64,000 nucleotides of DNA from Candidatus Aenigmatarchaeota archaeon. Its GTDB lineage: Archaea > Aenigmatarchaeota > Aenigmatarchaeia > QMZP01. Below, piece after piece: positions 20,406-30,081 of this stretch. The position numbers and the translations under genes were made by a program. The stretch's first letter is position 1; each line of letters begins with the position of its first letter. Below the pieces are notes generated by a model that searched no databases, was not told the DNA's origin, and worked only from the letters and a program-made list of their open reading frames with translations. The stretch covers positions 4,975-68,974 of the forward strand of contig DAOVCJ010000002.1 in assembly GCA_030670085.1 (NCBI GenBank). The letters are read 5' to 3'.

Positions 20406-20600
20406 ATGAAATTGATAGGAACCTGGATTGTGGGCGGATTCTTTCTGCTCGCTGGAACCTGGATTGTGAACAACCTCAGGCTCGAAACCGGGGTTTCAGA
20501 AGTTTCATATGCCCTCGCACTCGTTATAGCGCTCATATTCTTTCTGATTGCAGGACTTTGCTGGATAAATGTATCGGTCGCAGCAAAGCACAGATTCTGA
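20406..20600 (+). CDS. Small two-TM membrane protein
   Basis: 64-aa ORF with two hydrophobic helices and GGGGA RBS. Confidence 0.7.
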   Translation: MKLIGTWIVGGFFLLAGTWIVNNLRLETGVSEVSYALALVIALIFFLIAGLCWINVSVAAKHRF

Positions 20601-20668
20601 ACCCTCTTCTGAACAAACTTTTTAAACCTATTTAAATAATTATACAGATAAATCAGTAAAGGGAGAGC

Positions 20669-21091
20669 ATGGGAGAGTTTTCAGCAAGGGACATGAAGAG
20701 AAGAAGGAAAAAGTTCAGGTGGAAGTCTACTGCTCATAAGCGGAAATTCTTGAAGCTCTGGGAGAAGGACCCACTTGAGGGAGCCCCAATGGGCAGGGGA
20801 ATCGTATTGAAAAAGAAGGGCGTCGAGCAGAAGCAACCCCACTCCGGTATTATAAAGGTGGTAAGGGTCCAGATAGTCAAGAACGGGATCCAGGTAACCG
20901 CATTCGTCCCTGGAAACAATGCAATAAAGTTCATAGACGAGCACGACGAGGTCGAGATTGTAGGCGTAGGTGGTTCCCAGAGGGGAGCGGTTGGTTCAAT
21001 GCACGGGATAAAGTACAAGGTTGTCTCTGTTTCAGGCGTTTCCCTTTTAGAGCTCCTGAAGGGTAAGAAGGAGAAGCCAAAGGGTGCATAA
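20669..21091 (+). CDS. rps12: 30S ribosomal protein uS12
   Basis: DPLEGAP, KQPHS, TAFVPG, GKKEKP. Confidence 0.97.
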   Translation: MGEFSARDMKRRRKKFRWKSTAHKRKFLKLWEKDPLEGAPMGRGIVLKKKGVEQKQPHSGIIKVVRVQIVKNGIQVTAFVPGNNAIKFIDEHDEVEIVGVGGSQRGAVGSMHGIKYKVVSVSGVSLLELLKGKKEKPKGA

Positions 21092-21092
21092 G

Positions 21093-21695
21093 ATGCCAGA
21101 GAAATTATTACTTTTCAACAGATGGGATATGTCTGAGGTTAAGGTAGAAGATCCGGGATTGAAGAATCACATAAACCTTGATCCTATACTCATACCGAGA
21201 ACAGGGGGCAGGTTTGCTACCAAACCGTTCCAGAAGGACAAGGTAAGCATCGTGGAAAGATTAATGAACAAGCTCATGGTTTCAGGTCACAGGGGAAAGA
21301 AACACAAGCTTACCTCTGGGCACCAGGCTGGAAACATCCAGGCTTTGTACAAAATCATGAAAAAGGCCTTTGAGATAATCGAAAAAAGAACAAAGAAAAA
21401 CCCTGTTCAGGTCCTTGTAAACGCGATAGAGAACGCTGCCCTCCTTGAGGAAGTCGCTTCCTACAGGCTTGGAGGTATAATAGCAAGAAGCTCTGTGGTT
21501 GTTTCTCCACAGAGGCGGGTTGATCTTGCCCTGAGACACGTCTCTCAGGGAATCCAGAAAGCCAGCTTTAAGACAAAGAAATCCCTTGCAGAGGTAATAT
21601 CAGATGAGCTGATTTCTGCAAGCAACAACGACTCCAAATCCTTCGCAATCCAGGAAAGAAACAGAATAGAAAGGGAAGCAGAAGGCGCAAGGTAA
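21093..21695 (+). CDS. rps7: 30S ribosomal protein uS7
   Basis: IVERLMNKL, NPVQVLVNAIENA, SPQRRVDLAL. Confidence 0.97.
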   Translation: MPEKLLLFNRWDMSEVKVEDPGLKNHINLDPILIPRTGGRFATKPFQKDKVSIVERLMNKLMVSGHRGKKHKLTSGHQAGNIQALYKIMKKAFEIIEKRTKKNPVQVLVNAIENAALLEEVASYRLGGIIARSSVVVSPQRRVDLALRHVSQGIQKASFKTKKSLAEVISDELISASNNDSKSFAIQERNRIEREAEGAR

Positions 21696-21702
21696 GTTCT
21701 TT

Positions 21703-23712
21703 CTAAACACCTACCACCCTTGTAGGTTCATTAACCTCTTTATTTCTCTCCAGCTTGTAGAGGGATCCCAGGATCCCCTCAGAAACCCTCTCCTCATGTG
21801 TGATCAGGAAGACCTGCTCCACGAAGTTGTTTATATTTTCCCTCAGCATACTAGTGAACTGCTCTATTGCATTCACATCAAGGTTGTGAGTGGGCTCATC
21901 CAGTATCAACCACTTCAGATTGGGGACAAGTGCCATTGAGAACGCGACTCTAAGGGCAAGACTCGCGATGGATCTCTCCCCACCTGACGCTACCCCCTCA
22001 ACGGATACCCACCCCTCGCTTCCTCTTATCTGCAGAACATAGTCTTTATCAATCACCAGCCTGACCTCTGAAAAATCACCATAGGGATAGAGTTCATTCC
22101 ATATCATTCCCATAGAATGGTTAACATTCTTGAGGAATTCCTGCCTGAGCTGGTCCTGAGTGACCTTGAGAACCTTTACAAAGGTATTCAGCTTCTCAGC
22201 AATTATTTCATCCTTCTTTATACTCTCTTTGTATTTCTTGAGCATCTCTTCTCTCCCTCTCAGGTCCTGCAGGGATTCTCTCCTGTCCTCGATCTTTTCC
22301 TCCAGACCCGAGAGTCTCGCGAGAATCTCCCTTTCCCTTGCGACTCTTTCCTGGAGTTCCTCCCTCAGATCCTTGATGTCTACATCGCCTAGTCTCCTCC
22401 GGATATCTTCCAGCTCCATCTTAAGGGCAGCCCCGCTTTTTTCATAATCCCTTCTCCTATCCTCAATATCCTTTATGTAATCCAGATCCTCCATAAACGA
22501 ACTAAGTTTTTCTTTTCTCAAGACCCTTTCCTTCAGCTGCTCTTCAAGGAGTTTGATATGCTTTTTACCCCTTCCCATTTCCTTTGCGAGATTGTTTGCC
22601 TTGTTCCTGAGAACCATCTCCTTCCCCTTCCTAACATCAACGAGCTTCCTTCTCTTCCCCTCTGTTATCTGGGATTCGCACACAGGGCATTTGTCTCCCA
22701 ATCTTTCCATCTCGCTTATCTGGTCCTTGATGTTCTTTATCTCTGCATTGATGGATGCGATTTTCTCCCTGTCCTCCTCGAGATCCTCCTTGTTCTTCTC
22801 TGCTTCCTCTTCAAGCGTTTCTATCTCCTTCTCCAGCTTCTCCAACACCTTCGGAACATCCTCTGGTTCCATACCCTTCAGCTTCTTCCTTCTTACTTTC
22901 AGGTTCTCCTCTATCTCCTCCATACCTGTCCTCACTGACTTGATATCTACCTTGATTTTGTTGATTCTTTCATCCATCTCATCATAATCCGCCATCATCT
23001 CGGACATTTTTTCCTTCTCAGTCTTTATACCCCTCAATCCCTTCTCAAACTCCCTCCTTTTCTCTTCCAGTTCTCTAACATCCTCGGAAACCTTCTTTAT
23101 CCTCTCTCCCAGATTCTCCTCCTTTAGCTCTTCCAGAAGTTTCATTCGCTCCATCCTTCCCTGGCTTATCCTGTTCGCAAGGGATACTGAGTTTTCCCTG
23201 ACCTTCTCGAATCTGTCAAGCTTTAACATTCTGTCTATGTGCTGCATCCTCTGTCCCTTCGGAATAGTCAGGAAGTAATCGAGCCTGTTCTGCTCTGAAT
23301 AGACAGCCTTTGAAAAGAGATCATAATCCATCTGAAGAATATCCTGAACGAGTCTGTTCACACCCTGTGGGTTGACCTCAAGAAGTCTCCCATCCTCCCT
23401 TATCTCTGCATGAGTTGTTCCCTTCCCGAGCTCTATGACCCTCTTTATCGAATAATTCTTCCCGTCAATCTGGAAACCCAGGGAAACCTCTGCCTTGTTT
23501 TTCTTCTGCGGTTTCTTCATTATCAGGTCATCTAGTCCAATCTTTCTTGATTGTAGGGCAGGGAACGTCCCGAAGAGAGCGAATGTAAGCGCTTGAACAA
23601 TGCTTGTTTTCCCTGATCCCATGATCCCTATAATGGCGTTCACCCCCCTGCTAAAATCAAACTCGGAATCCAGATGGGATTTCCAGTTCTTGAGAGAAAT
23701 ACGGGTAATCAT
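21703..23712 (-). CDS. rad50: Rad50-like ATPase (short, 669 aa)
   Basis: Walker A GIMGSGKTS, zinc hook CPVC, SGGE signature, ILDEPT. Confidence 0.88.
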   Translation of the reverse strand: MITRISLKNWKSHLDSEFDFSRGVNAIIGIMGSGKTSIVQALTFALFGTFPALQSRKIGLDDLIMKKPQKKNKAEVSLGFQIDGKNYSIKRVIELGKGTTHAEIREDGRLLEVNPQGVNRLVQDILQMDYDLFSKAVYSEQNRLDYFLTIPKGQRMQHIDRMLKLDRFEKVRENSVSLANRISQGRMERMKLLEELKEENLGERIKKVSEDVRELEEKRREFEKGLRGIKTEKEKMSEMMADYDEMDERINKIKVDIKSVRTGMEEIEENLKVRRKKLKGMEPEDVPKVLEKLEKEIETLEEEAEKNKEDLEEDREKIASINAEIKNIKDQISEMERLGDKCPVCESQITEGKRRKLVDVRKGKEMVLRNKANNLAKEMGRGKKHIKLLEEQLKERVLRKEKLSSFMEDLDYIKDIEDRRRDYEKSGAALKMELEDIRRRLGDVDIKDLREELQERVAREREILARLSGLEEKIEDRRESLQDLRGREEMLKKYKESIKKDEIIAEKLNTFVKVLKVTQDQLRQEFLKNVNHSMGMIWNELYPYGDFSEVRLVIDKDYVLQIRGSEGWVSVEGVASGGERSIASLALRVAFSMALVPNLKWLILDEPTHNLDVNAIEQFTSMLRENINNFVEQVFLITHEERVSEGILGSLYKLERNKEVNEPTRVVGV

Positions 23713-23819
23713 AAGTAGTATATAACTTTAAATTTTTTAAACAGAACCAGATCTTATACAGTGTGGGAAAGATAAGTGTTCTAAAAAACTTAAATTATAA
23801 GTTACACAAATATTAAACA

Positions 23820-24419
23820 ATGGCTAATAAGGAATTAGAGAACTACATAAAAAAACAGCTGAATTCTGGTTATTCTCCAGAACAGATCAAAGACGTGTTA
23901 ATAAAAAGAGGATGGCAGGAAACCCATGTTAGCGAAGCAATCAGTTCTCTTCAGCAAGAAACCGCCGGTATGAAGCTCCCTAAAAAAGGCTCGAACAAAA
24001 AACTGATTGCTGCTGTAATCATAATTGTGGTGGTTTGCCTGGTAGGTGTGCCCCTTTTCCTTGTTTTCTATCTGGGAATGTTCAACCAGGCAGGCTCTGA
24101 TTTTTCAATTGCTACAGGATTTGGTATATTTGGTAGACCCCTACTCGGTGATTGGGAATATTCAGGAAACGAGTTTAGTGTAGCTTTTCCCAGTGCTTTA
24201 TCATATGATATAACAATAACAGAGGCCACCGCTGATGACTGTAACCCGATTACAAACAAGGAAATACCGGCAGGGACTATTATAGACTTGGAATTTAGCA
24301 GCTGTGAACTTCTCTCTGCAGGAACCGTTTATACGGTTGAGGTTGAAATCAAATACATAAGATCCGATCAGCCCTTTGAAGTGGCAGAATTGGGAACGGT
24401 CTCCGGGAACGCACTCTAG
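23820..24419 (+). CDS. Hypothetical single-pass membrane protein
   Basis: N-terminal helical domain, one TM, acidic beta-rich C-terminus. Confidence 0.7.
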   Translation: MANKELENYIKKQLNSGYSPEQIKDVLIKRGWQETHVSEAISSLQQETAGMKLPKKGSNKKLIAAVIIIVVVCLVGVPLFLVFYLGMFNQAGSDFSIATGFGIFGRPLLGDWEYSGNEFSVAFPSALSYDITITEATADDCNPITNKEIPAGTIIDLEFSSCELLSAGTVYTVEVEIKYIRSDQPFEVAELGTVSGNAL

Positions 24420-25081
24420 ATTTTCTTTATCTTCCCGGGTGTCGGCTCATAGCATATACCCTCAGCAAGTATTTCATTCACAACAGACTCTATCTCAGTT
24501 TCTTTCCCCTTCACGTTCTCCAGAATCTGTCCATACTCCACACCATCTTCGCCGCTCTCGATGAACTTCAGTATCTCCTTCTTCAGCAGAATCTTGTCAT
24601 CACCTTTTTCTTCACCCTTCTTTTCCGGTTCTGGTTTTTTCTTTTCGCTCTCTCCTCGTTCCTGTTTTCCTGACTCTGATTTCCCTGGTTTTTTCACCAT
24701 CTCCAGCTTCCTGAGCAGCTCCTGGTTCGGGTCCTCGATCTTCCTTACTATCTCAGGGAGTATGTATATCTCCCCCAGGTATTCCCTGACCTTGCCTATA
24801 ACATCAACCAGGTTCCCAATCTCAAAATCATCCAGGGGCTTTGTTGTCTTGAAGGTCTTTAACCTTATGGTTTCTGTTGTGTCATCCAGGGTTATTGAAG
24901 CGAAATTCCCGTCATCCGCCAGAAATCTAGAGACTACGGTCCCCATTATCCTGGCCCTGGATATTTCCTCCCCGCTCGGGGCAACCACAAAACTAGGTTC
25001 CATTCCCTCCTTCTTTACCCAGTTCCCGTTAACAAGCTCAGAAATCCTAACCTTCTTGGCGGTCATCCTCTGGACAGGCAT
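24416..25081 (-). CDS. RPA32-like OB-fold ssDNA-binding protein with C-terminal winged helix
   Basis: RARIMGTVV, LDDTTETI, GICYEPTPG; ATG 25081 about 21 nt after TTTTAAAT (probably leaderless). Confidence 0.85.
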   Translation of the reverse strand: MPVQRMTAKKVRISELVNGNWVKKEGMEPSFVVAPSGEEISRARIMGTVVSRFLADDGNFASITLDDTTETIRLKTFKTTKPLDDFEIGNLVDVIGKVREYLGEIYILPEIVRKIEDPNQELLRKLEMVKKPGKSESGKQERGESEKKKPEPEKKGEEKGDDKILLKKEILKFIESGEDGVEYGQILENVKGKETEIESVVNEILAEGICYEPTPGKIKKI

Positions 25082-25125
25082 GGTATAGAATTCGGGTTTA
25101 GATTTAAAAAGCAAACCTCTGGATG

Positions 25126-25203
25126 GGCGACTTTATTCAATTGCTCCAAGTCACCTTTCGATTCGTTTGGATGGATGGCTTGTTCTGATTGGCCCAAGCC
25201 ATC
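25126..25203 (-). repeat. Two tandem hairpin elements, 48-nt period
   Basis: Minus strand GATGGCTT-GGGCCAATCAGAAC-AAGCCATC, linker CATCCAAACGAATCGAAA, GGTGACTT-GGAGCAATTGAATA-AAGTCGCC. Confidence 0.82.
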
Positions 25204-25304
25204 GTTCGAAACTATGGGAGGTGTGGGACTTGTGAACCAAAGTTTTATAAAGGCGTTAATCCAATTTCTTATTTAATACCATTTTCAATGGAGTTTTGAT
25301 AGAA

Positions 25305-25448
25305 ATGGCATGTCATGACTGTGGAAAGCACGTTCCACTAAGAATTTGTGAAAAACACAACCCACCTCAAGCAAAGATATGCAAAGACTGCTGTATCTCT
25401 AAGATGAGCGGACACGGCTGCCGCTGGTTTGAGCTCTGCTGGAAATAA
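25305..25448 (+). CDS. Small Cys/His-rich protein (47 aa)
   Basis: Manual translation MACHDCGKHVPLRICEKHNPPQAKICKDCCISKMSGHGCRWFELCWK; GGAG upstream. Confidence 0.65.
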   Translation: MACHDCGKHVPLRICEKHNPPQAKICKDCCISKMSGHGCRWFELCWK

Positions 25449-25451
25449 TTC

Positions 25452-26042
25452 TTATTTCTTTTTATCTTTACCCTTTTCTTTCGCTTCTGACTCAGCCTTC
25501 TCTAGGTCCTTGACACCCATCTTCTCTTCCACTGGCTTTTCTTCGGGCTTTTTCTCTTCCTTCTCTGGCTTTTCCTTCGGTTCCTTCTCTTCGGTTTTTA
25601 TTTCCTCTTCCTTTTCGGGCTTCTTCGGCTCCTCTGGTTTTTTCTCTTCAACTTTCTTCGGCTTTTCCTTCACTCCGAGCAGTTTACCAAGGGAATCCTT
25701 CCCGTACGTTGTTACCTTCACATTCACCTGGGATATCTCAGAGGATATTGTATTCCCTCTCACTGATTTTCTTTTTCTCTGCCCCCTCAGCTTGGGATGG
25801 AAGCCCGGTGGCATGGAGAGAAGAACCCCCTTTCTCGCGAGGCCTTCCACATCCCTTCGCATGGGAAACCCCTGCCTGTCAGAGCCACCTGTTATCTCCA
25901 GTTCGTAGCCTGCAAGACCAAGGGAATTCCCAGAAACATTGTCACCGATCTTCTTTCCTATAAGTCCTGTCTGTTTCTGGTCAATCTCCTTCTGGTATGC
26001 CTTCTTGCTCTTTGGGTCCGATATCACTAGCTTGAAGTTCAT
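25452..26042 (-). CDS. rps6e: 30S ribosomal protein eS6 with K/E-rich tail
   Basis: FKLVISDP, ITGGSDRQGFPMR, RKRKSVRG. Confidence 0.96.
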   Translation of the reverse strand: MNFKLVISDPKSKKAYQKEIDQKQTGLIGKKIGDNVSGNSLGLAGYELEITGGSDRQGFPMRRDVEGLARKGVLLSMPPGFHPKLRGQRKRKSVRGNTISSEISQVNVKVTTYGKDSLGKLLGVKEKPKKVEEKKPEEPKKPEKEEEIKTEEKEPKEKPEKEEKKPEEKPVEEKMGVKDLEKAESEAKEKGKDKKK

Positions 26043-26233
26043 AAAATTCACCCCCAGTTCTATACGCACCGACGCTGCCGGGTTTAATAAAGCTATTTGG
26101 GGGTATATATTTATAAATGTTCCTTTCTCTAAATTCTGAACTTTAATTAAAACAAAACCCTAATTTTTGGTTCAATTAGCCTTTATAAATTTAACATTCA
26201 AAAAAATTAAATTCAACAATTAAAGGTGATGGA

Positions 26234-26491
26234 ATGGGTAAAGAGAATCTGAAAATAAAAAGTGACTATTACAGTAGGATAGAGATGCCTTGGATTAAAG
26301 GAAAAAGCAGAAGCCCTCTTGAATCATATGACTTGACCCTAGAAGATTTGAAAAACTACTTAGAAAAAGGGAATCAAGGCATAAAAGGGATAAAGGTAGG
26401 GAGAAAGGACGATTCCATAATCGTAAAGTATAAAGGTAAAGAAATTAATCTAACACCTATTGAGGAATTTGTAGAGCTCCCAGTGGAATAA
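26234..26491 (+). CDS. Hypothetical protein
   Basis: ORF with AGGTGA RBS; no recognised motif. Confidence 0.6.
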   Translation: MGKENLKIKSDYYSRIEMPWIKGKSRSPLESYDLTLEDLKNYLEKGNQGIKGIKVGRKDDSIIVKYKGKEINLTPIEEFVELPVE

Positions 26492-26566
26492 TCTCAAATT
26501 TAATTAAACCCTCTTGGATTATTTGAGCCCATGAGCACTATTTTTGCTCCGAAGAAATCCCAAGTT

Positions 26567-27922
26567 TTAAAGCCCGAACCAGAACAAGAAATTGATTATC
26601 AGGAGTGCGAGGGTCACGTAGCTGACTACGCTCATTATCTTCTTCCAATTCTTCTTGGCGATTTTCTTTACTACGATACCCCACATTCTTCCACCATCAA
26701 GGGGTCCGATTGGAAGAAGGTTGGCAGCACCCACACCGAAGTTTATAAGGAAGAGCCAGAACAGCAAACCCTGGATAAAGACAATCGGTCCTTCAAATCC
26801 CTCCAGACCCGGATTCAGTCCAACAAGGGTTGAAACACCACCTATCCCAATAAATCCAGGTCTTTTGTAATCACCAAGCTTTGACTCTAGGGTTAAAATC
26901 CTATCATCTGCTCTTTCTTCCAGTCCAGGGACGTTTTCCTTTACCCATCCCCACATGGATATCACATACTTTGTACTTGTCCAACCTTGTGGGTCACTGG
27001 TACCCATGAAGAAATCTATAGTCCCAATACCCCCACGTTCGTGTCCTGCGAGAAATGCGAAATACAGAGAGGGCTTGAAGACAGGGTCAGATTCCCCTGC
27101 TGTTGTCAGAACAAAGCTCTGCTTACTACTTTCGTTTTCTGTGAATATGGTTATGGTCTGGTTCTCTCCTATCTCCCCCAGTGTGCTCCTTAGATCGTAT
27201 ATATCCTTGATGGTGTAATCATTAATACCCACAATCGTTCCAGAGAGATTGACACCCTCTGCTGGGTATCCCTCTAGCAAACCAACATAGGTGACACCAC
27301 CGGAGTAAAACAATCCTGACATGGACGCGATAAGAAAGAGGGAGAGGCCAGCAAGCATGAAGTTAGCAAAGGAGCCGGAGGCAAATACCCTTAACTGGGA
27401 CAAGGCGGGTTTCTTTTCAAGCTGCTTCTCATCAGGCTCCACAAAGGCAAGGGGAATTATGATAAAGAGCCCCCAACCCATTGACTTTATTTTAATCTTT
27501 TCCATCGCTGCCATTATTCCATGCAGCCCCTCATGAACCACAACAAGAAGAGCGATTATGATTATCCAGTACCAGAAGGGAACGAGTATTGCTCCTGGAA
27601 CTATAACGGTTTCAGCCCCCAGCGCGGGCAGGACAAAGGAAATACCAGGAACGGTTTTCTCCACCAGAAAGTTGGTCCCTATGAGCTCCACCAAAAAGTA
27701 AACTATGTATATGGATATCATGAAACCGAATATAACCGCGACTATTCCGAGTCCCTTCCAGAAGCGCGGGAACCTCCTACCGAGATTTATGAGACCTTTT
27801 TTCCCTCTCTGCGTCCTCCTTATCAGAAGAATGGACTGCCTCTGAACATTCTTCCTGTCCTTGTAGAATATCACTGCCAGTATTACAATGAAAACCAGAA
27901 TCGAGATGGTATACCAGTCCAT
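26567..27922 (-). CDS. Site-2 protease (M50) with PDZ-like insert
   Basis: HEGLH, AFVEPDE, NLLPIGPLDGG, several TMs. Confidence 0.93.
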   Translation of the reverse strand: MDWYTISILVFIVILAVIFYKDRKNVQRQSILLIRRTQRGKKGLINLGRRFPRFWKGLGIVAVIFGFMISIYIVYFLVELIGTNFLVEKTVPGISFVLPALGAETVIVPGAILVPFWYWIIIIALLVVVHEGLHGIMAAMEKIKIKSMGWGLFIIIPLAFVEPDEKQLEKKPALSQLRVFASGSFANFMLAGLSLFLIASMSGLFYSGGVTYVGLLEGYPAEGVNLSGTIVGINDYTIKDIYDLRSTLGEIGENQTITIFTENESSKQSFVLTTAGESDPVFKPSLYFAFLAGHERGGIGTIDFFMGTSDPQGWTSTKYVISMWGWVKENVPGLEERADDRILTLESKLGDYKRPGFIGIGGVSTLVGLNPGLEGFEGPIVFIQGLLFWLFLINFGVGAANLLPIGPLDGGRMWGIVVKKIAKKNWKKIMSVVSYVTLALLIINFLFWFGL

Positions 27923-28014
27923 GGATTATAATTTGTCCCACTACCGATAAATATGTTTAAGAAACCTTGCGGTTTTAAACGAAGCGTTAAAAAACTTACT
28001 GCTAAGACAATGAA

Positions 28015-28668
28015 ATGAAAATACTAGGAAGGAGAGTATATTCCGTGGATCTTTCACCCGTTGTCAAAAACTCAATCAGGGTTAGCGTTGAACAGAAAGA
28101 TGGGGATTGTAAAAGGAAGATAGAACCATATTATGAATGCACGGAAAACTGTGACGGTCTCTTTATGTTTGCCGACTGTATATTTTCTGAAGAAAACCTT
28201 TCAGGAGAAGCATACATCTGGGCTAATGCCCTGACCAAGAAACGCGATTACATTGACCCGAGTCTTTTTTCTTTTTATGGTGTGGAAAGTTTCGAAGGAC
28301 TGGAAAAATTATATGAAGAATTAATGAAAAAAGGCGACAGATTCAAACTGGAGATAATACGCAAACCAGGAGATATAATATACAAGATAAACGGAGAAAT
28401 GGTAGCCAGGAAATCCGAATGTGGTCTGGTAAACGAAGAGCATGTCTTCAAGGGAGAGATCCTTGAAACCCTTGAGGCCATAGAAACAGATCTGCCTTAT
28501 TTTGTAAATAATAGTAGGAAGATGACACTCGAAGAGAAGATACGAGAGGTATCTGAGGTAGTCTTGGAAAAAACCGTAGCATGGGAAACAATAAAATACA
28601 TGTTCGAAGAAGACCAGGAGTTCATTTCAGCATTCGAGGAACACATGAGAAAAATAAGAAAAAACTAA
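28015..28668 (+). CDS. Hypothetical protein
   Basis: 217-aa ORF, no recognised motif. Confidence 0.65.
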   Translation: MKILGRRVYSVDLSPVVKNSIRVSVEQKDGDCKRKIEPYYECTENCDGLFMFADCIFSEENLSGEAYIWANALTKKRDYIDPSLFSFYGVESFEGLEKLYEELMKKGDRFKLEIIRKPGDIIYKINGEMVARKSECGLVNEEHVFKGEILETLEAIETDLPYFVNNSRKMTLEEKIREVSEVVLEKTVAWETIKYMFEEDQEFISAFEEHMRKIRKN

Positions 28669-28704
28669 CAACCCAAGTCCGACCCGTTTCTAATCTCAAT
28701 TAAC

Positions 28705-29151
28705 TTATCCATGGTCCTTAACTTCTTGACACTTTACTAGAAGCCTCGATGTTTTCACCTTAACCTCCTCAAACTTTACTAAAAACCTAGATGTTGTCTG
28801 GATGTCGTTTTTTTCATATGCTTTAAGCGCCCTAGCTAAAAGTGAATGAGAATATTCATTTGAATATTCTAATAAAAAAGAAGGCAGTACTTCATTGTTT
28901 CCTGAAAAATCCTCAAAAGCCTTTTCATAAATTTCTATACGCAGATCCATTAGAGAATCCGGGAATTCCCTGGCTGGTTTCTCTCCTACCCTTTCCTTCA
29001 ATTCCCTGTCCTTTCTCAATGCTATTTCTGCCTTTAATTTCAATATGTTCCATTTTCTGCCTATATTTTTGTAATTCGGATTTTCTTCTTCAAGTAATTT
29101 CCTAATGGTCCTGAAATACGATTTCTCTCCCAAACCTTCGTACTCACTCAT
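28705..29151 (-). CDS. Hypothetical protein
   Basis: 148-aa helical ORF with AGGTG RBS. Confidence 0.6.
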   Translation of the reverse strand: MSEYEGLGEKSYFRTIRKLLEEENPNYKNIGRKWNILKLKAEIALRKDRELKERVGEKPAREFPDSLMDLRIEIYEKAFEDFSGNNEVLPSFLLEYSNEYSHSLLARALKAYEKNDIQTTSRFLVKFEEVKVKTSRLLVKCQEVKDHG

Positions 29152-29299
29152 AATAACACCTAAATACCACCAATAAGTGATTAATAATAATGTTTATAAA
29201 CGTTGCGTTGAGCTCAGAATCCAAGTTTCGAGTGGCTGTTGTTTTTGGATCAGGGATTGTTTTAAAAATCAGCAAGTTGTATATTAGATAAGGAGTTTT

Positions 29300-29557
29300 A
29301 TGGAAGAAGAAAAGAAAAATGAAGTGGAAGAAGAAGAGAAAGAAGAAACAGAAGAAGAAAAAAAGGAAGAAGAGAAAGAAGAAGTGAAAAAAGATAGTGA
29401 GAAGGAACAGGAAAAGGACAGATTCGGAAGAACACTGTACACTGCAACGTGTTCTGATTGCGGAAAAGAGACAAAGGTCCCCTTCAAGCCGTCAGGAGAC
29501 AAACCTGTCTATTGCATGGAATGTTACCAAAAGCACAGACCGAAGAGAAGCTTTTAA
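29300..29557 (+). CDS. CxxC-x17-CxxC zinc-ribbon protein with acidic N-terminus
   Basis: CSDCGKETKVPFKPSGDKPVYCMEC. Confidence 0.88.
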   Translation: MEEEKKNEVEEEEKEETEEEKKEEEKEEVKKDSEKEQEKDRFGRTLYTATCSDCGKETKVPFKPSGDKPVYCMECYQKHRPKRSF

Positions 29558-29690
29558 TCTATTTGATATAGCGGTCTTTGATTCTTTGTTCTGATTTTCC
29601 TAGTTTTTACACTAAGGTTGTTTTTTGGTTCAGGAATCTCCATTGTTTAAAAGCCGGGGAGACAATAATTAGATTAAAGGAGGGATAAAA

Positions 29691-29936
29691 ATGATGACAG
29701 TTTTTGAGGAGATAAAGAAGCAGACCCTGACCTTAATGACAGCGGCTCTAGCTTTCGTTGCAGCGCTTATCTGGAAAGATGCGATATCCGCATGGCTGGC
29801 ACCATTGTACGGGAGTGCAGAGGGTGCATCGAGCCTTACGATAGCAGCCCTTGTAGTGACAGTGGTTGTTGTTATAGTAACCATAGTGCTGGCAAAACTA
29901 CTCGCACCAAAGGAAGCAAAAGAGGCATCCAAATAG
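29691..29936 (+). CDS. Small membrane protein (DUF5654-like)
   Basis: TLMTAALAFVAALIWKDAI pattern, two TMs, GGAGG RBS. Confidence 0.75.
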   Translation: MMTVFEEIKKQTLTLMTAALAFVAALIWKDAISAWLAPLYGSAEGASSLTIAALVVTVVVVIVTIVLAKLLAPKEAKEASK

Positions 29937-30081
29937 TAAAAAACATCTGAAGCGATTAATGCAGAATTCTGATAGTTCTGGTTACGATGCCCATAGAATT
30001 CGAATCAGGAAAAGGACTCAAAACATATTTAATTCAGAGAAACAAATAATACTTAATAATTTTTGATTCGGAGGTGGATTG

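Noticed and set aside
25126..25203. Tandem 48-nt units as a CRISPR or TIGR array
   Set aside because: Only two units, the variable part is a constrained 14-nt loop, there is no box C/D pattern and no cas or tas genes in the window.
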